NCBI GenBank assembly: GCA_905178155.1
Contig: CAJINV010000003.1
Span: 5,857,985 to 5,921,984, forward strand
Origin: Amoebophrya sp. A120
Taxonomy: Eukaryota > Protista > Dinoflagellata
Direction: 5' to 3'
Length of the DNA: 64,000 nt
Shown: piece after piece, positions 38,201 to 49,050 of the stretch
Layout: every line of letters begins with the position of its first letter
Numbering within the stretch: the first letter of the stretch is position 1
Notes under the pieces: generated by a model
Told to the model about the DNA's origin: nothing
Databases searched by the model: none
What the model saw: the letters and a program-made list of their open reading frames with translations, nothing else
Translations under genes and position numbers: made by a program

Positions 38201-39435
38201 GGCCGGCGGCCCTAAGGTGGCGAACATGGAACGACTCACGGGGCACGCAAGGCAATGCCGCAAGGAGTCAAGGCGCGGGAACACGACGGGGGCAAAGAGC
38301 GCACAACATAAGGACCTAGGAGGGGCGGAGGCAAAACAGTGGCTCGCAAGGGCGGAGAGGGGGGAAAGCGCACGAGGCGAAGAACAGAATCGGCCGTCGC
38401 GCCGGCTGGCCTCGACGACCCTAAACCCCGAACCCTAAACCCAGACCCAAACAACCAAGGCCGCAGCCGGCTCTGCTTCTGCATCACCTCCGGCCGTTGC
38501 GGTGGTGATGCGCCCGCATCACGAGGTGATGCGGGGGAGGTGGGTAGGTGATCCGGGTGGGGGGGTGATGCGTGGGGAGGTGATTCAAAGGGGTGGGGAG
38601 GTGATTCACACTCCTACCCAAAAAAAGGGAGCTGCACTGAGTCAAAAATCTCCTGTACGCGCCTTGTAAATACATGCTTGCATGTTTGGGCGGGATGGTC
38701 TTGAGCTAATAGCAATGAACAAAGGTGGACGAGCCACTACAGAAGTTTCTATCTTGTTGCTCCATCTCTACTACGTCCATGACGAGCGGCACTACATCAA
38801 AAAAAAAGCGTCTACATTACAACTTGTACCTGGTATCCTTGTGTGTGCGGAAGATGTAGACCGTTTTCGGAGTGGCAATCACCAGCGCCGCGACGAGGTT
38901 GATTTTTTTCTTTCCCTGGCCCGGATGCTCCAGGTTCCACTTGAGGCCGAGCCCCACGTGGAGCTCCTCGCGGAGCCGCTTCTCGATGGATGTAAGCTTG
39001 TCGCATTGCCCCTCTTCAACCGTGTGAACCTCGACCGCGTAGGCCGGGTTACGCTCGTACGGGTTACTGAAAAGATGGGCTTGCTGCTCCTCGCGTGCAC
39101 TGCAAATATGTCTCGGTCTGGAATAAAAGGTGGACTTGTAATATTGCTCGTCTCGCATTCCTGTAAATAAATGCACGACCAACAATATGAAAAGCGCGAC
39201 CTTTTGCATTATGCATGAAAACTTCAGTTTCAACAGTTTGTGATGCTCGCTACGCATGAAAGAGCACCCAAAATAGTTCCTGTGCTTAGCTGCATTAAGA
39301 AAGCTGTTCAATTATGACCGTGCAGCATCACAAGTTTCCAGACCCAGACATATTTGCAATGCATACCTCGAGTGCCACCCAGTCCGGAATGTCCTCCTGT
39401 TTCACATTTGTCGCCTTGTAGCCGCCGACGTTCAT
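29256..39435 (-). CDS. ~2,000-aa protein: N-terminal degenerate DEDDy 3'-5' exonuclease domain, two large G/P/M/N/Q prion-like regions and a central globular domain; at least 12 exons, 3' end unresolved
   Basis: Frame is continuous from ATG 39435 after removing introner 39090-39366, GT-AG introns 37794-38829, 37325-37571 and 36954-37176, introner 34389-34970, GT-AG introns 33726-33921, 33255-33485, 32032-32667 and 31727-31926, and introners 29604-29926 and 29337-29547. Exonuclease-like motifs are VGLGLKW, LPDYVVQCIRDKKVAK and SDWELDLLTGAQIRKAADDA. Confidence 0.75.
29337..29547. mobile_element. Introner I1 (211 bp)
   Basis: TIR TATC(AC/GC)RAGAAAAAAGTGTTACAGTTAC, 26/28 match. TSD GTGTG (29332-36/29548-52). 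Lies near the 3' end of the giant gene, where the downstream frame is short, so its intron role is less certain than its TE structure. Confidence 0.85.
29604..29926. mobile_element. Introner I2 (323 bp), family C
   Basis: TIR TATCAAAAGGAAAAATCCCCCCTCCCCATAT (imperfect). TSD ACAGC (29599-603/29927-31). Removal joins SKGAV|GSSLQMSR in frame. Confidence 0.9.
32145..32650. mobile_element. MITE (506 bp) within intron 32032-32667
   Basis: ~80-bp TIR GAACARGGTAACAAGGAAC.TAGACGTGACCG..., 3-bp TSD CAA, and internal duplicated CTCATGACC(T)nAGTTG blocks. Confidence 0.9.
34389..34970. mobile_element. Introner I3 (582 bp)
   Basis: TIR TATGCACTGCAAAAGTA plus an imperfect extension. TSD ACCGC (34384-88/34971-75). 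Removal joins FDPRG|RSAAMSG in frame. Confidence 0.92.
37853..38619. mobile_element. MITE (767 bp) with CACCTCCCCA subterminal repeats, within intron 37794-38829
   Basis: IR GTGTGAATCACCTCCCCAC (37866-84) / GTGGGGAGGTGATTCACAC (38593-611). GGGT...ACCC ends are flanked by A7 on both sides. Confidence 0.85.
39094..39365. mobile_element. Introner I4 (272 bp), family A; can be spliced as a GT-AG intron 39090-39366
   Basis: TIR TATGCATTGCAAATATGTCTGGGTCTGGAA, with the left end mutated to CGTGCACTG.... TSD CCTCG (39089-93/39366-70). Joins DWVALE|EQQAHL. Confidence 0.9.
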
Positions 39436-40928
39436 CGTTCCCAAGGGGAGGCTGACGGCCACGTCCCTTTAATATTTCGTGCCTTATTTGCAACGAAAAT
39501 CGACACCGTCTGTGTATCCGGTTGGCACAGGCAGTCCTTTCGCGAGGGAGTCGTCGCGCACGGCGAAAGTAAATAATCTAGAAAGATTTATCAGGAGTCG
39601 GATGGACCGTGTGAGGCATTCACTACCGCGGTGCGTGATCCGGGTTGTCAACGCAATACTGCTTCTGTGCCCGCCCAGGAAGGCGTAGGTGTGACCCCGG
39701 TAGGGGGCGAGGAGAGCCCTTCGAGACCTATACCAAAGAAGGCTGGTTGCGCTTCATTTTTGGGTGGCAACGAGTAGCGTTGCCGGGTGCGGCGTCACGC
39801 ACCCAAAAATGCAACCCAACGAGCAACCAGCAACCAAGAATTGCAATTGCTCAATTGTTTTTGATGCAAATAACGAACTTTGGCCGATAAAAATACTTTC
39901 TCTAGAGTTGGAAGCAAACTCTTTCTGCGTGGTAACATAAAAGGTATTTAGGAATAGGAACGGGGATAGATCAAGGCCAGAATTCTCTACTGTGTGACGA
40001 GACGCAACACGAATTAACTTGTTCGATCAGATGGAAAATTTAGTGATGAAAATTACTTCCTCAAAACTCAAATCAGATTTACAGATTTGGATGACCACCA
40101 GACACTGCTGGACTTACTTTCTACCTTAAGCTTTACACACGAACCAACCAATCAAAAAAAGCGAGCAAAACCAATGACCTGTTCGATCTCTTCTATCGAC
40201 GAACTTTTACTTACAAAGTTTGCTCGCAGCCGCGGCCAGATTGAATGCAGAGTAAGTAGCTCTATCACGATCCAAGCCCTGGGTGGAAAAATAAAGGAAA
40301 AAAAAATACTGTGACATAGTGGAAACAACTCGTGCGCCAAGAGGATACACACTAACGAGAACGTATGCGTTCCATTTTGACCGGCCTTGGAAAACAGGCC
40401 GGTAAATTAGGTCTAATCTTTTCTAGATCCCGACTTACATGATAGCTCTGACGTGTAATATAACATCTGGAATAACGGATCTTCACGCTGCAGAGAACTG
40501 ACCTGCTATCTGTGTGTGTCACGATAGCGATACTTTTTATATCATTGCGGATCCATCCTCGTTAAAGAAACAATCAGCCACAAGCACAAGCTGCAGCTTT
40601 GCGAATGTAAAATTTGAATCTCAACGTCCGGTCTTGCAAAGCAGATGTAACCAGTTTTTATGTGTCAGTTTCTTCTCGTTATCCGACGGTTTCCACATTG
40701 CTTGTTTTTTTCGGCTTCAAAGAATATCGTCGGCTTTTATTCTCCACGGAAGCATCGACTTGGTACGAATACAATTCCTGTCAACGTTCATTGTGAATGA
40801 ATCCCTGTCCCAATCTTGCCGGAAATAAACAGAGAAGTAGTCATTTAATCTAATGTCGTTGTTGTATTTTCTTTATCGATTGTTCGAGCTCAAGATAAAA
40901 AAAGAGCGTGAACTTCATTGTCCTCGAA

Positions 40929-42007
40929 GCTTGTCGAGGCGCAACTACATTGTCCTCGAAAAAGGAGCACAATCCGGATGAAAAAGGTGAACATCGGAGC
41001 CGGGAGGAGCCTATGCGACCCCTAGGGGGGCGGGCGTACTTAAACGCTCCGGCAATCTCTATTCCTTGTTCCTGACGGCCACATCAAGGCGATTCTCGCT
41101 GCTAGCGCCGTGTTGCTCGATTTTGCCGCGAAGTACCGGCACACATCGGTCACAAGCTACTAACCTGTAGGTGATGCGGTCGGGGGGCATCCTGCGCTTC
41201 CGCGGATGCTTTGCGCCCTCCTCGTCTGCCCAGCTTCTTTGACAGAAGAGGAGGGGCGCTGCAATGCTCTCCCGTCTGGGCTTGCATTCCTCACAAAGGC
41301 CGGCGCGATGCGGAAGACAGATAGAAGACAAGCTACTAATGATAACGGGGCCCCCGGCTAAGCCGGTGCCACCGCGCACAGCACTCCAGCCACGCGGGCG
41401 AAGAACTGGGGCAGCTCCTGGCTTCCTCTTGCTGGTTCTCGGCAGTCGCGGCCCTGCATGCCGAAAGCGCCTGCGCTTGGCGTGCGTCCCTTTTGTTGCA
41501 GTGGCCGCGTGCTCTGACGCGCCACCTGCGCCTCAGGGTTGCGCCGTTGCGCCTGGTGCTTGCGAGCGCTGAGGGGCGCGCGCGGTAGCTAGCTAGCTGC
41601 TGGCCAACCTAACTGCATTGAGACCCGCACCCAGAAGCCGGGGCCGGGTGCGTTTAGCTTCCCTGCGGGAGGCAGGTTGCGTATCGCTCACTGTCTTCCG
41701 CTACGTGGTCGTCTATGCGAAGAGACGTTTGCACGAGCTGCGAGCTCGTGCTAGGCGCCCCTCCCTACAAGGCGAGGCTTTTTGTTCTAAACGACTAGCA
41801 TCCGATAGCTTCGTCCCTTCCCTACAAGGGCGGGCTGTTCGTTAGCAAGACGGACAGACTTTCCGTGTCCGAAGTCTGTGCTATGATGTAGTTCGCAGCC
41901 GAACAATTGACTACCTGCTGGCAGCCCCCCTTCCCTGCAAGGGCGGGGGCACGAGGCTTGTCGAGGCGCAACTACATTGTCCTCGAAAAAGGAGCACAAT
42001 CCGGATG
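40929..42007. repeat. Perfect 52-bp direct repeats (40929-40980, 41956-42007) flanking a GC-rich ~975-bp segment
   Basis: GCTTGTCGAGGCGCAACTACATTGTCCTCGAAAAAGGAGCACAATCCGGATG is present twice. The interior has three CC(C/T)TCCCT(A/G)CAAGG motifs. Confidence 0.85.
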
Positions 42008-42217
42008 GTGTGCAACTGCTTTGTCGAGCAGATGCAGAAGCCTTGTCATTATTTTTATGTTTGTCCAACTATTTTCTTTTTGACCCAGCAGTAAGAATCA
42101 CCGGCGAAGTCTCGATGTCATTTAATGATGTTGAGTTCCTCTTTCTGCAGGACCTTGTGTCTGGTTAACTTTAACCGCCGCCCCGTGCTCTTTATCAGCT
42201 CAGCACTTGTCGTGTTT

Positions 42218-44624
42218 TTAAGAATATTCCGTAGTATTTGAGCCGCCTGGGCTTGGACTTCTGAAGTTCCGCGACTTCCGGGGACTCGTGAGCGAGTACA
42301 CGGCCGGCGCCACCGCGGTAGAGCGGCGCTCCCGATGGGTCAGCATTTCGCCAACTTGATCGAAGTTTCCGTAGTCCGGATGAGCTTTCACCTGTAGGTA
42401 CTTTGTTGTCCCGGCGAACTGGGGGGGAACACGGAGTTGTGCTACCCCAGGCGACTTCTCCTGCCCCTGGTATTGATGTGAAGACGAGTTGTTGGTACCA
42501 GGCACAGGCGCGTCGAGGAGCCGTTTGTTGGGTGGTGCGGGTCGTGCGGTGGCCAGAACTCCGAAGTGACTGCTACCACTTTTTTTCCTCCGCCGACGCC
42601 CATGATGTTGAGCAGGGTGGTCGTGGCCAGAGCCAGCGACCGCACTGGACACCTCAGATTGTTCGGAGGTTCTACTCGATCGTTCTCTTCGGTTGTACTT
42701 CTGGGATGATGTTCTTGCGTGGCCACAGTCTTTGTCTTGCTCCTTCTCGCTCGCACTCGCGTTTTTCGACGCATACGAAATTCGACTGGACTATGGCGTT
42801 CTCAACTGTTACATTCTCAACTGTTACATGGATTTGTCATGCAAAATGACCATGAGCCACCAGACAATGAAGCTGCTTCGCATGACAAATTCTCGGAGGG
42901 GTAAACAGCATCTAAATCCGTGCCAAATTTGTGATGCAAGACTTGCAAGCTTGCCCCTTTTCCTATTGCTGTTTTAGCATGACAAATTCATGTAACAGTT
43001 GAGAATGTAACAGTTGAGAGCGCCATATGGACCGCGACAACTTGCGGCCACCACGATCCAGGAAATTACGCGCCGTGGTCGAGTATCAAATGTAAAAATG
43101 TCTGGGTCTGGAAGAGTCATGCAGTTTCTGCATGACACAGAAGGTCTGGCATGGCAGCTCTAGCATCACAGGTTTTGAGAAGCTTCCGCAATGCCGAACC
43201 CGCATGACAAATCCCCCATTTTGGTGACAGAAAGTGGGCAGCTTTTGCTACCTATGCATGAGAGATTTTTGTGTGTTCTGAAATGCGCATCACAAATTAC
43301 ATCCTTCCAGACCCAGACATATTTGCATTTGATAGCGAGTTCCTTCGAGGAGTCAATGGGACAAAAACTTGTTCATCTCCATTGTCATTTGCGTTCCTCC
43401 GCACCTCCGGGCGAGGAAGTTGTACATTCTGATTCGTCCTCTCGCCCCTTTGGAGGTGCTCCTGCTGCGTCGAGGAGACCGAGCTTCTTCGTGCCTCTTT
43501 CATCTTTGCCTTCATCAAAGAACTACTACTCTTGCGCCGATGCAGCCGATCCGCTTCGTCTCGCATTCTTCGCGCTTCCTCCGCCTCCGCTTGCTGGATT
43601 TTCTGCAGCTTCTTCTGCCGCCGCCGTTGCACAAGACCCGTCAGAAACAGGGACCCGATGATCAACCCCGACATACATCCGAAGGGGATAAAGAAGTTTT
43701 TCATGCTATCCTATGTAAAAACGTCGTTACCCTTTTTACCCGATTGTCATGCTAAACAAATTAGAATATAGAATTACTAATGCTAATGCAGCTGCACACT
43801 TTGCCCCTTGGCAGTGCATGAACCAAGTCGATTTGTGATGCGGCTGCACCAGCCAAGCACGGCTACACTACCGACTCAAGGTTCTCATGGGCAACAGAAA
43901 AAGGTCAGTTTATTTACTTATTTACACAGGATACATGCCAACTTCCCAGTCTTGCGTAGCCTTCAGAGTGTATACCTCGTGCTTCCACAAGTTTCGCCAC
44001 ATCTGGTAGGGCCTATGAGAGTGCACAACTCTTCCACCTCATTCGAGACGCATAACCAGCAAGAGAGACAGTGCCACAAAGCGAGTAGCCTCGGAAACAC
44101 AAATTCAAATTTGGACACAGATGATCCTATATATTCGTAGTACTGTGTAAACGGGGGTCGGTTCCCGAAACTTGTCATGCGAAGACCTGTGCTGTACAGT
44201 GTGCTTTTGCAGAGTAAACGAGCAGGGGGACGAGGGGGGTTGTCGTTCGTTGTGCAATCGGATAGGGTAGCGGAGAGAGTTTGTCTCGTTCTGACCGGAG
44301 CCACTTCGTGTCCAGGAAAAAACTGTCCTTGATAGCCGAGGTAACGGGGTCCATAAACAGGAGCCGGAGCTGGCGCACGCCGTGGTCGTCGGGTTCGGTA
44401 CTTTCAAGGGTTTCGAAAACACGTTGCTCCTCGGAGTCGCCCTCCACCGCCGGCGCCAGGCCCGACAGTGTGTTCACGGGTGCTCCTGGAACTGCCGGAA
44501 GATGCATCTGCGACGCATTCATCTTTCCTTTTGTTTTCGGCGGGAAAGTAGAACGAGTGGAGGTGAAAGCCAGCACTGCGCGCGTGAACAGAGCTTGGAT
44601 CAGAATTGCTCCACTGTAAACCAT
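42218..44624 (-). CDS. Hypothetical single-pass membrane protein interrupted by at least three introners; 5' exons uncertain
   Basis: Removing I7, I6 and I5 gives one frame: ...YQMWRNLWKHEVYTLKATQDWEVGMKNFFIPFG(TM)...RRNSTTARNF...LSRSSRISY...NTTEYS*. A signal-like N-terminus starts at 44624. Joins between 44030 and 44270 are not resolved. Confidence 0.65.
42792..43027. mobile_element. Introner I5 (236 bp)
   Basis: ~51-bp TIR TATGGCG.TCTCAACTGTTACATTCTCAACTGTTACATG.ATTTGTCATGC with 2 mismatches. TSD TGGAC (42787-91/43028-32). Confidence 0.93.
43084..43334. mobile_element. Introner I6 (251 bp), family A
   Basis: 31-bp TIR TATCAAATGYAAAWATGTCTGGGTCTGGAAG, 29/31 match. TSD TCGAG/GCGAG. In-frame removal. 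Confidence 0.92.
43707..43933. mobile_element. Introner I7 (227 bp)
   Basis: TIR TATCCTRTGTAAA, 12/13 match. TSD CATGC (43702-06/43934-38). In-frame removal. Confidence 0.88.
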
Positions 44625-44939
44625 CGTCTTACCGCGGCTCGCTTTTTGCTTGTGCACCCTGTCTGCCTTTAGTGTCACTCGCACGAAAAATCCCGGCGGC
44701 CCAGTTGGTCGACCTCAAGATTAGTGTATTTCATCTTTCAGTAGTGTTGATCTACTGCTTCGATGGCACGAAAATCGTGTTTTTGGAGTTCAGCAATAAA
44801 TCAATTCAATGGTAGGAGCCTGCTGCATGATATTAAGGATCGTGATCTTCATCGAAAAGGAAGATCATCATGGGCGGTAAACTTGCTTAGCGCTGTGTAA
44901 TTCACAAGTACTATTCCGATCATATTGACGCATTTTCTT

Positions 44940-47611
44940 TTACGCTTTATGGCCTTTTGAAGATTCTGTACCAGGACCGAGCCCGCTGGGGTACGCGGTT
45001 GTCGCCGGGGTCATCGTGCGGTTTCCCGACGACAATGCATGATCGGCCGCCACGGGCGTAGTCGCTCTGCTTGATGGCCGTGCGCGGGAAGCAGCAGGCG
45101 AGGTCGGATGCTGGTAGGAATGGCTTATCAATTGCTGCGCACGCAACTGCTGCAGCAGTCCCGGGTGGCGAAAACGTGCGTCGGTGGCCCGCTGCACGCA
45201 CAGGTGCAACGGTTCGTTGAGGAAGCAGCGCGTGCCCGAAGTGGAAACGGGACGGACCCCCACCGGCCCGTGCTTCGGCCTCGTCACGCTGAACACGTGC
45301 ACCTCGGCGATCTTCAACCGAGACCCTTCGCGCTATCAAAGTTAATAAAAAGGCCCTGCTTGTTTTTAGCGACCTCCCTGACTAAAGCTAAGTAGCAAGA
45401 AACAACTCGTCCACCCGACGGTGCAAATCCATGGGAAGATACTTACGAGCGAAGCGCTGTGTTGCAAATGACGAGAGGCGCAGGAGTGAAGAAGGCAGCA
45501 CAAGAACTTGTCACGTACACAGACAAACGACAGAAGTTGTAGCTGTCCCACCTAGATTCTAAAACTAGACCAACGGTATTAACGCGGCAGTGGTCCCTTT
45601 GTTGAATACAACATGTCCTCTGTATTGTTTGGATGTTGAAGCTTTCATCCAGTATGTTCTTGAGCTACCTTGCTGGTCGATTCTGATGACTGGGGCGGGG
45701 CACTTTTCCATCTTGGTATGTACATCAATATGTCCTGGTCCTCCTCCTCGTCGTCCTCCTGGTCTGGAGCTCCTCGTTTCACATCTTGATCGTCCTTCGC
45801 CGCCGGTGGTGCGCGCAGTAGTGCGTGTTTCACCTGGTCGGCCACACCCGGCTTTGCGCGCATTGGCGAAAAGTCGACACGCTGCCGAGGTTGAAAGGGC
45901 AGCCGCCGCTGCTCGCGCGCGTTCGATTCGCCGCGACCGTCTTGTTCGTAGGCTGTTCGGAAAGGCCGGTCTTGGAGTCGCATCATACCGGTGTGCACGT
46001 GCTTCTGCTGGCGGTGGAGCACATAGTGCTGCAAAAAGGGGCCGACGGCTTGCGTTACGATCGCCGATTCCATAAACTCGCGCACAGTCCCGAGTTTGAC
46101 GGTTTCATCGTGCTCATTCAAGAGGGTCTCTTGCTTGCCTGCCTTTGGGGTAGAAGTTGTTGTGCTTCTTCTACTAGCTCTTTTCCGAGATGAAGCTCTT
46201 GCAGCGCCACCACCACTACCCTCTGACGGAGCGGAATTCGCTGACGCAGCAGTGGGTTGCACTAGCGCCGACCCATCTCCGAGCTGATCGGGAGGAGAAG
46301 GTTGTAGTTCTTCTGCTCCAGGTGCCCCTCGCACAGCTTCCTCCCCTACAACTTCTCGCGGCTCTGTGGGGAGCGTTCCTGCTTCTGCCTCGTCGAGCGG
46401 GTGGAACTCTCCGTCGTGCGTGCCCGAGTAGAGAGGGAAAGTATTGCCCTGAAGATCGACGTAATGAAAGTGCCACGCAGACGGGTTTTCTCGGGTCACC
46501 TCCGGTGGGTTCGACGCCAGTTCCTCCCGGTCGATACTGGTGTCGGACCGGACGTCGTCGTCCCTCTCAAGGATCTTCTCCTCTTCCGGTTTCAGCTGCG
46601 CCCCGGAGCTCTTCCGGATGAGGAGTCCCCGTTTTATGCGGGCCTTGTGTTCGCGAGCCGACTGCCGTTCCGAACGGAGGACCTGTTCCTCCGGGCTCGG
46701 GGGCGCATAGAAATCGGTCCAGTCTGTACCCGGCTCGATGCTGTGGCCCAGCAGCCACGGCGGGTGGTCCCCGTCAGTCGTCAGTGGAGAACCGCTGCTT
46801 GTAGTTTTCTGCACGGAAGAACGGAACACCGGGTAATGAATATCCACGTCCGGAAATTTATACGTCTCCAGTGTCCGGCTCATCAGCCGCCCATTTTGCA
46901 CAGCAACCGTCCCGATCTTGCGGGTTAACCCGAGTGTCCAACAGAAAAAGTGGTGCGGTATGGTATGAGGCTATAGGATGTAAAATGTATATCAACAACA
47001 CTGGACGAAGATTGGCTTTCAAAAAGATGCCATTCATCTCGAGCCCGAATACATGAGAAGTTTGGTGTTTTGCAGGAGATGATGCAGCAGATGTTAGCAT
47101 GTACCTACATGCACACAATATTGATCCACCGAGCTACACAATTTTGCTGCGGGATACCGAGGTATGCAAGCCCGTATACATGCCGACTCACCACCGGCGC
47201 GTGGTTCGTCGGCAACTTCACTTTCCCCGTCACTGGGTCGACAGGAAGAACTGTTTTGTAACTCGTCGTGCCGGTTCGCTTCAGTAAGCCCTCGATGCTG
47301 CGGGGTTGTTGTTCGAGTTCGGCCCCTGGTATAATAATTGCCGTGGCGTTCGTTCCGCCGCGTGCTGAAGAGGAAGAGCCCTGCTCTCGTGAAGGAGCAA
47401 TCGCACGTTCTGCGCCAGACCTGCCCCCACGTGATCTTCGACTTCCGGTGGAGGGTCGGCCTCTGCCCCGGTTCACTGCGGGACTCGAGGCCCCACCTGC
47501 AAACCAAATCGACGAGGAAGATGAACTGAGGCAGAATACGGGTGGGAGAAAACCCAAAAAGCCCGAACCATGCACCGAGAAAAGAAACAAAAAACGGAGT
47601 ACCATCCTCAT
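44940..47611 (-). CDS. Hypothetical protein with signal-peptide-like N-terminus; exons ~47611-47117, 46916-45719, 45328-44940
   Basis: Three - strand ORFs can be joined by a GT-AG intron 46917-47116 and the degenerate introner I8. No domain recognised. Confidence 0.55.
45334..45718. mobile_element. Degenerate introner candidate I8 (385 bp)
   Basis: Ends TATCAAAGTTAATAAAAAGGCC and (rc) TACCAAGATGGAAAAGTGCC. Flanks CGCGC/TGTAC differ only by transitions. Removing 390 nt joins two ORFs in frame. Confidence 0.45.
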
Positions 47612-49050
47612 TTTGAAACACTTTTGCGAACCTCGTTTATTTTTCGTTAGTTGTAGTTCTAGCCGAAACCTATGACATTATTCGCTTCTCTTTTATTCTT
47701 CCATGCCACAGACGATGTGGAACAAGGTCCATGTAACGCATACAAACTTGTAGCAATCGTATGGCAATTGTAATGATCTTGTTGATCATCAACATCAAGA
47801 TCACGTCCACCTCCACGGTGTCCTTGTCCTGGATCCGGGGGCATTAGCTTATGTAATGTGCTGCAGTTCGGGTTTGTCTAAATGCCTCATGATCTTCAGT
47901 CATTGAGATCGCGCTCGCAAGCAAAAACCACAGCCACACTGCAAAAACAAGAAAAGGGTGATCAAAGAGGAAACTGCCGTGGAGGATGTCGACCCACGGA
48001 GGGGAAAATGGCAAAATCAGTGACCCTGTACACACTCACACACAAGTTTGCTGTTTTCTGGATCATTGATGTGTTCAGAAGTAGCAGTGAGTACACAGCT
48101 AGTGTGTAAGTGGCACGACAGGAAGCACCAGACCGGACTGATCGAACCTGTACCAACAAAGAGAAAAAACTAGTATGAAGGTGAACACAACACCTATGTT
48201 AGGAAACAGCGCACTCATTGTCATTTCAGCTCCCAAAAGGACACCGAAATATAAACATTTCTGATGTGAGGAAGTGATATTTATGTGAATTTGATTCATC
48301 AAAGCTCGGGCAAATCCTAGCTTTGATTCCTGCAAGCTTTATTTGCTGAATCAAATTTCGTCAACAAAATTTTGCAACTAGATGCACACCAATCGGCATC
48401 AAACAGATCTACATTGACATTCTGTTTACAAAAAACAGACCCTGCACACGATGACAAAAAAGTTGCCGAACCGACGAAGCGCTACATTGGATTTGACTAG
48501 GAAGCACAGCCGCAGCTGGGTCGGTGTATTTATCACACTAAATCCATCGGTAAAACTGGTAAAAGAAAAAGCTTGTTTGAAAATTGTAAAGCCATTGACT
48601 CAAAAATATTCACGAAAAATCCCGCGCCCTCGGTCTGACGAGGGCGAACACGTTACACTCATATGAATAACTCTCTACGCAAAATGCATGTGTGGTGGGA
48701 GGAATGAGGATAGATACCTGAGAAATACCAACTGCCACTTGCACTTTTGGGTATGGCAGACTGCACATGAGAATCACAGATACTCCTGTTTTGGTTTTTT
48801 TTTGAAAATATTGAAAAGTCAAAAAAATGAGCTCTTGCTTACGTTGCAGATCCAGATATGGATATACATATTCTTTGTCTTTGAGTATAATAGTATAGTC
48901 CTGGTTTACTGAAAATTATAGGAATAGATTCATTCAAAAAGGGGAACTAATTCATCTTGGTTTGATGTCTTCGACGACATTGCTTTCGTTTTCATGTTGG
49001 CCATGCACAATTTATTTCTACTTCACACTTTTTCACGTTTTCGTTGTCGG

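Noticed and set aside
47660-48960. Hydrophobic short ORFs between two genes
   Set aside because: T-rich intergenic or UTR sequence readily yields such ORFs, and no coherent splice model was found.
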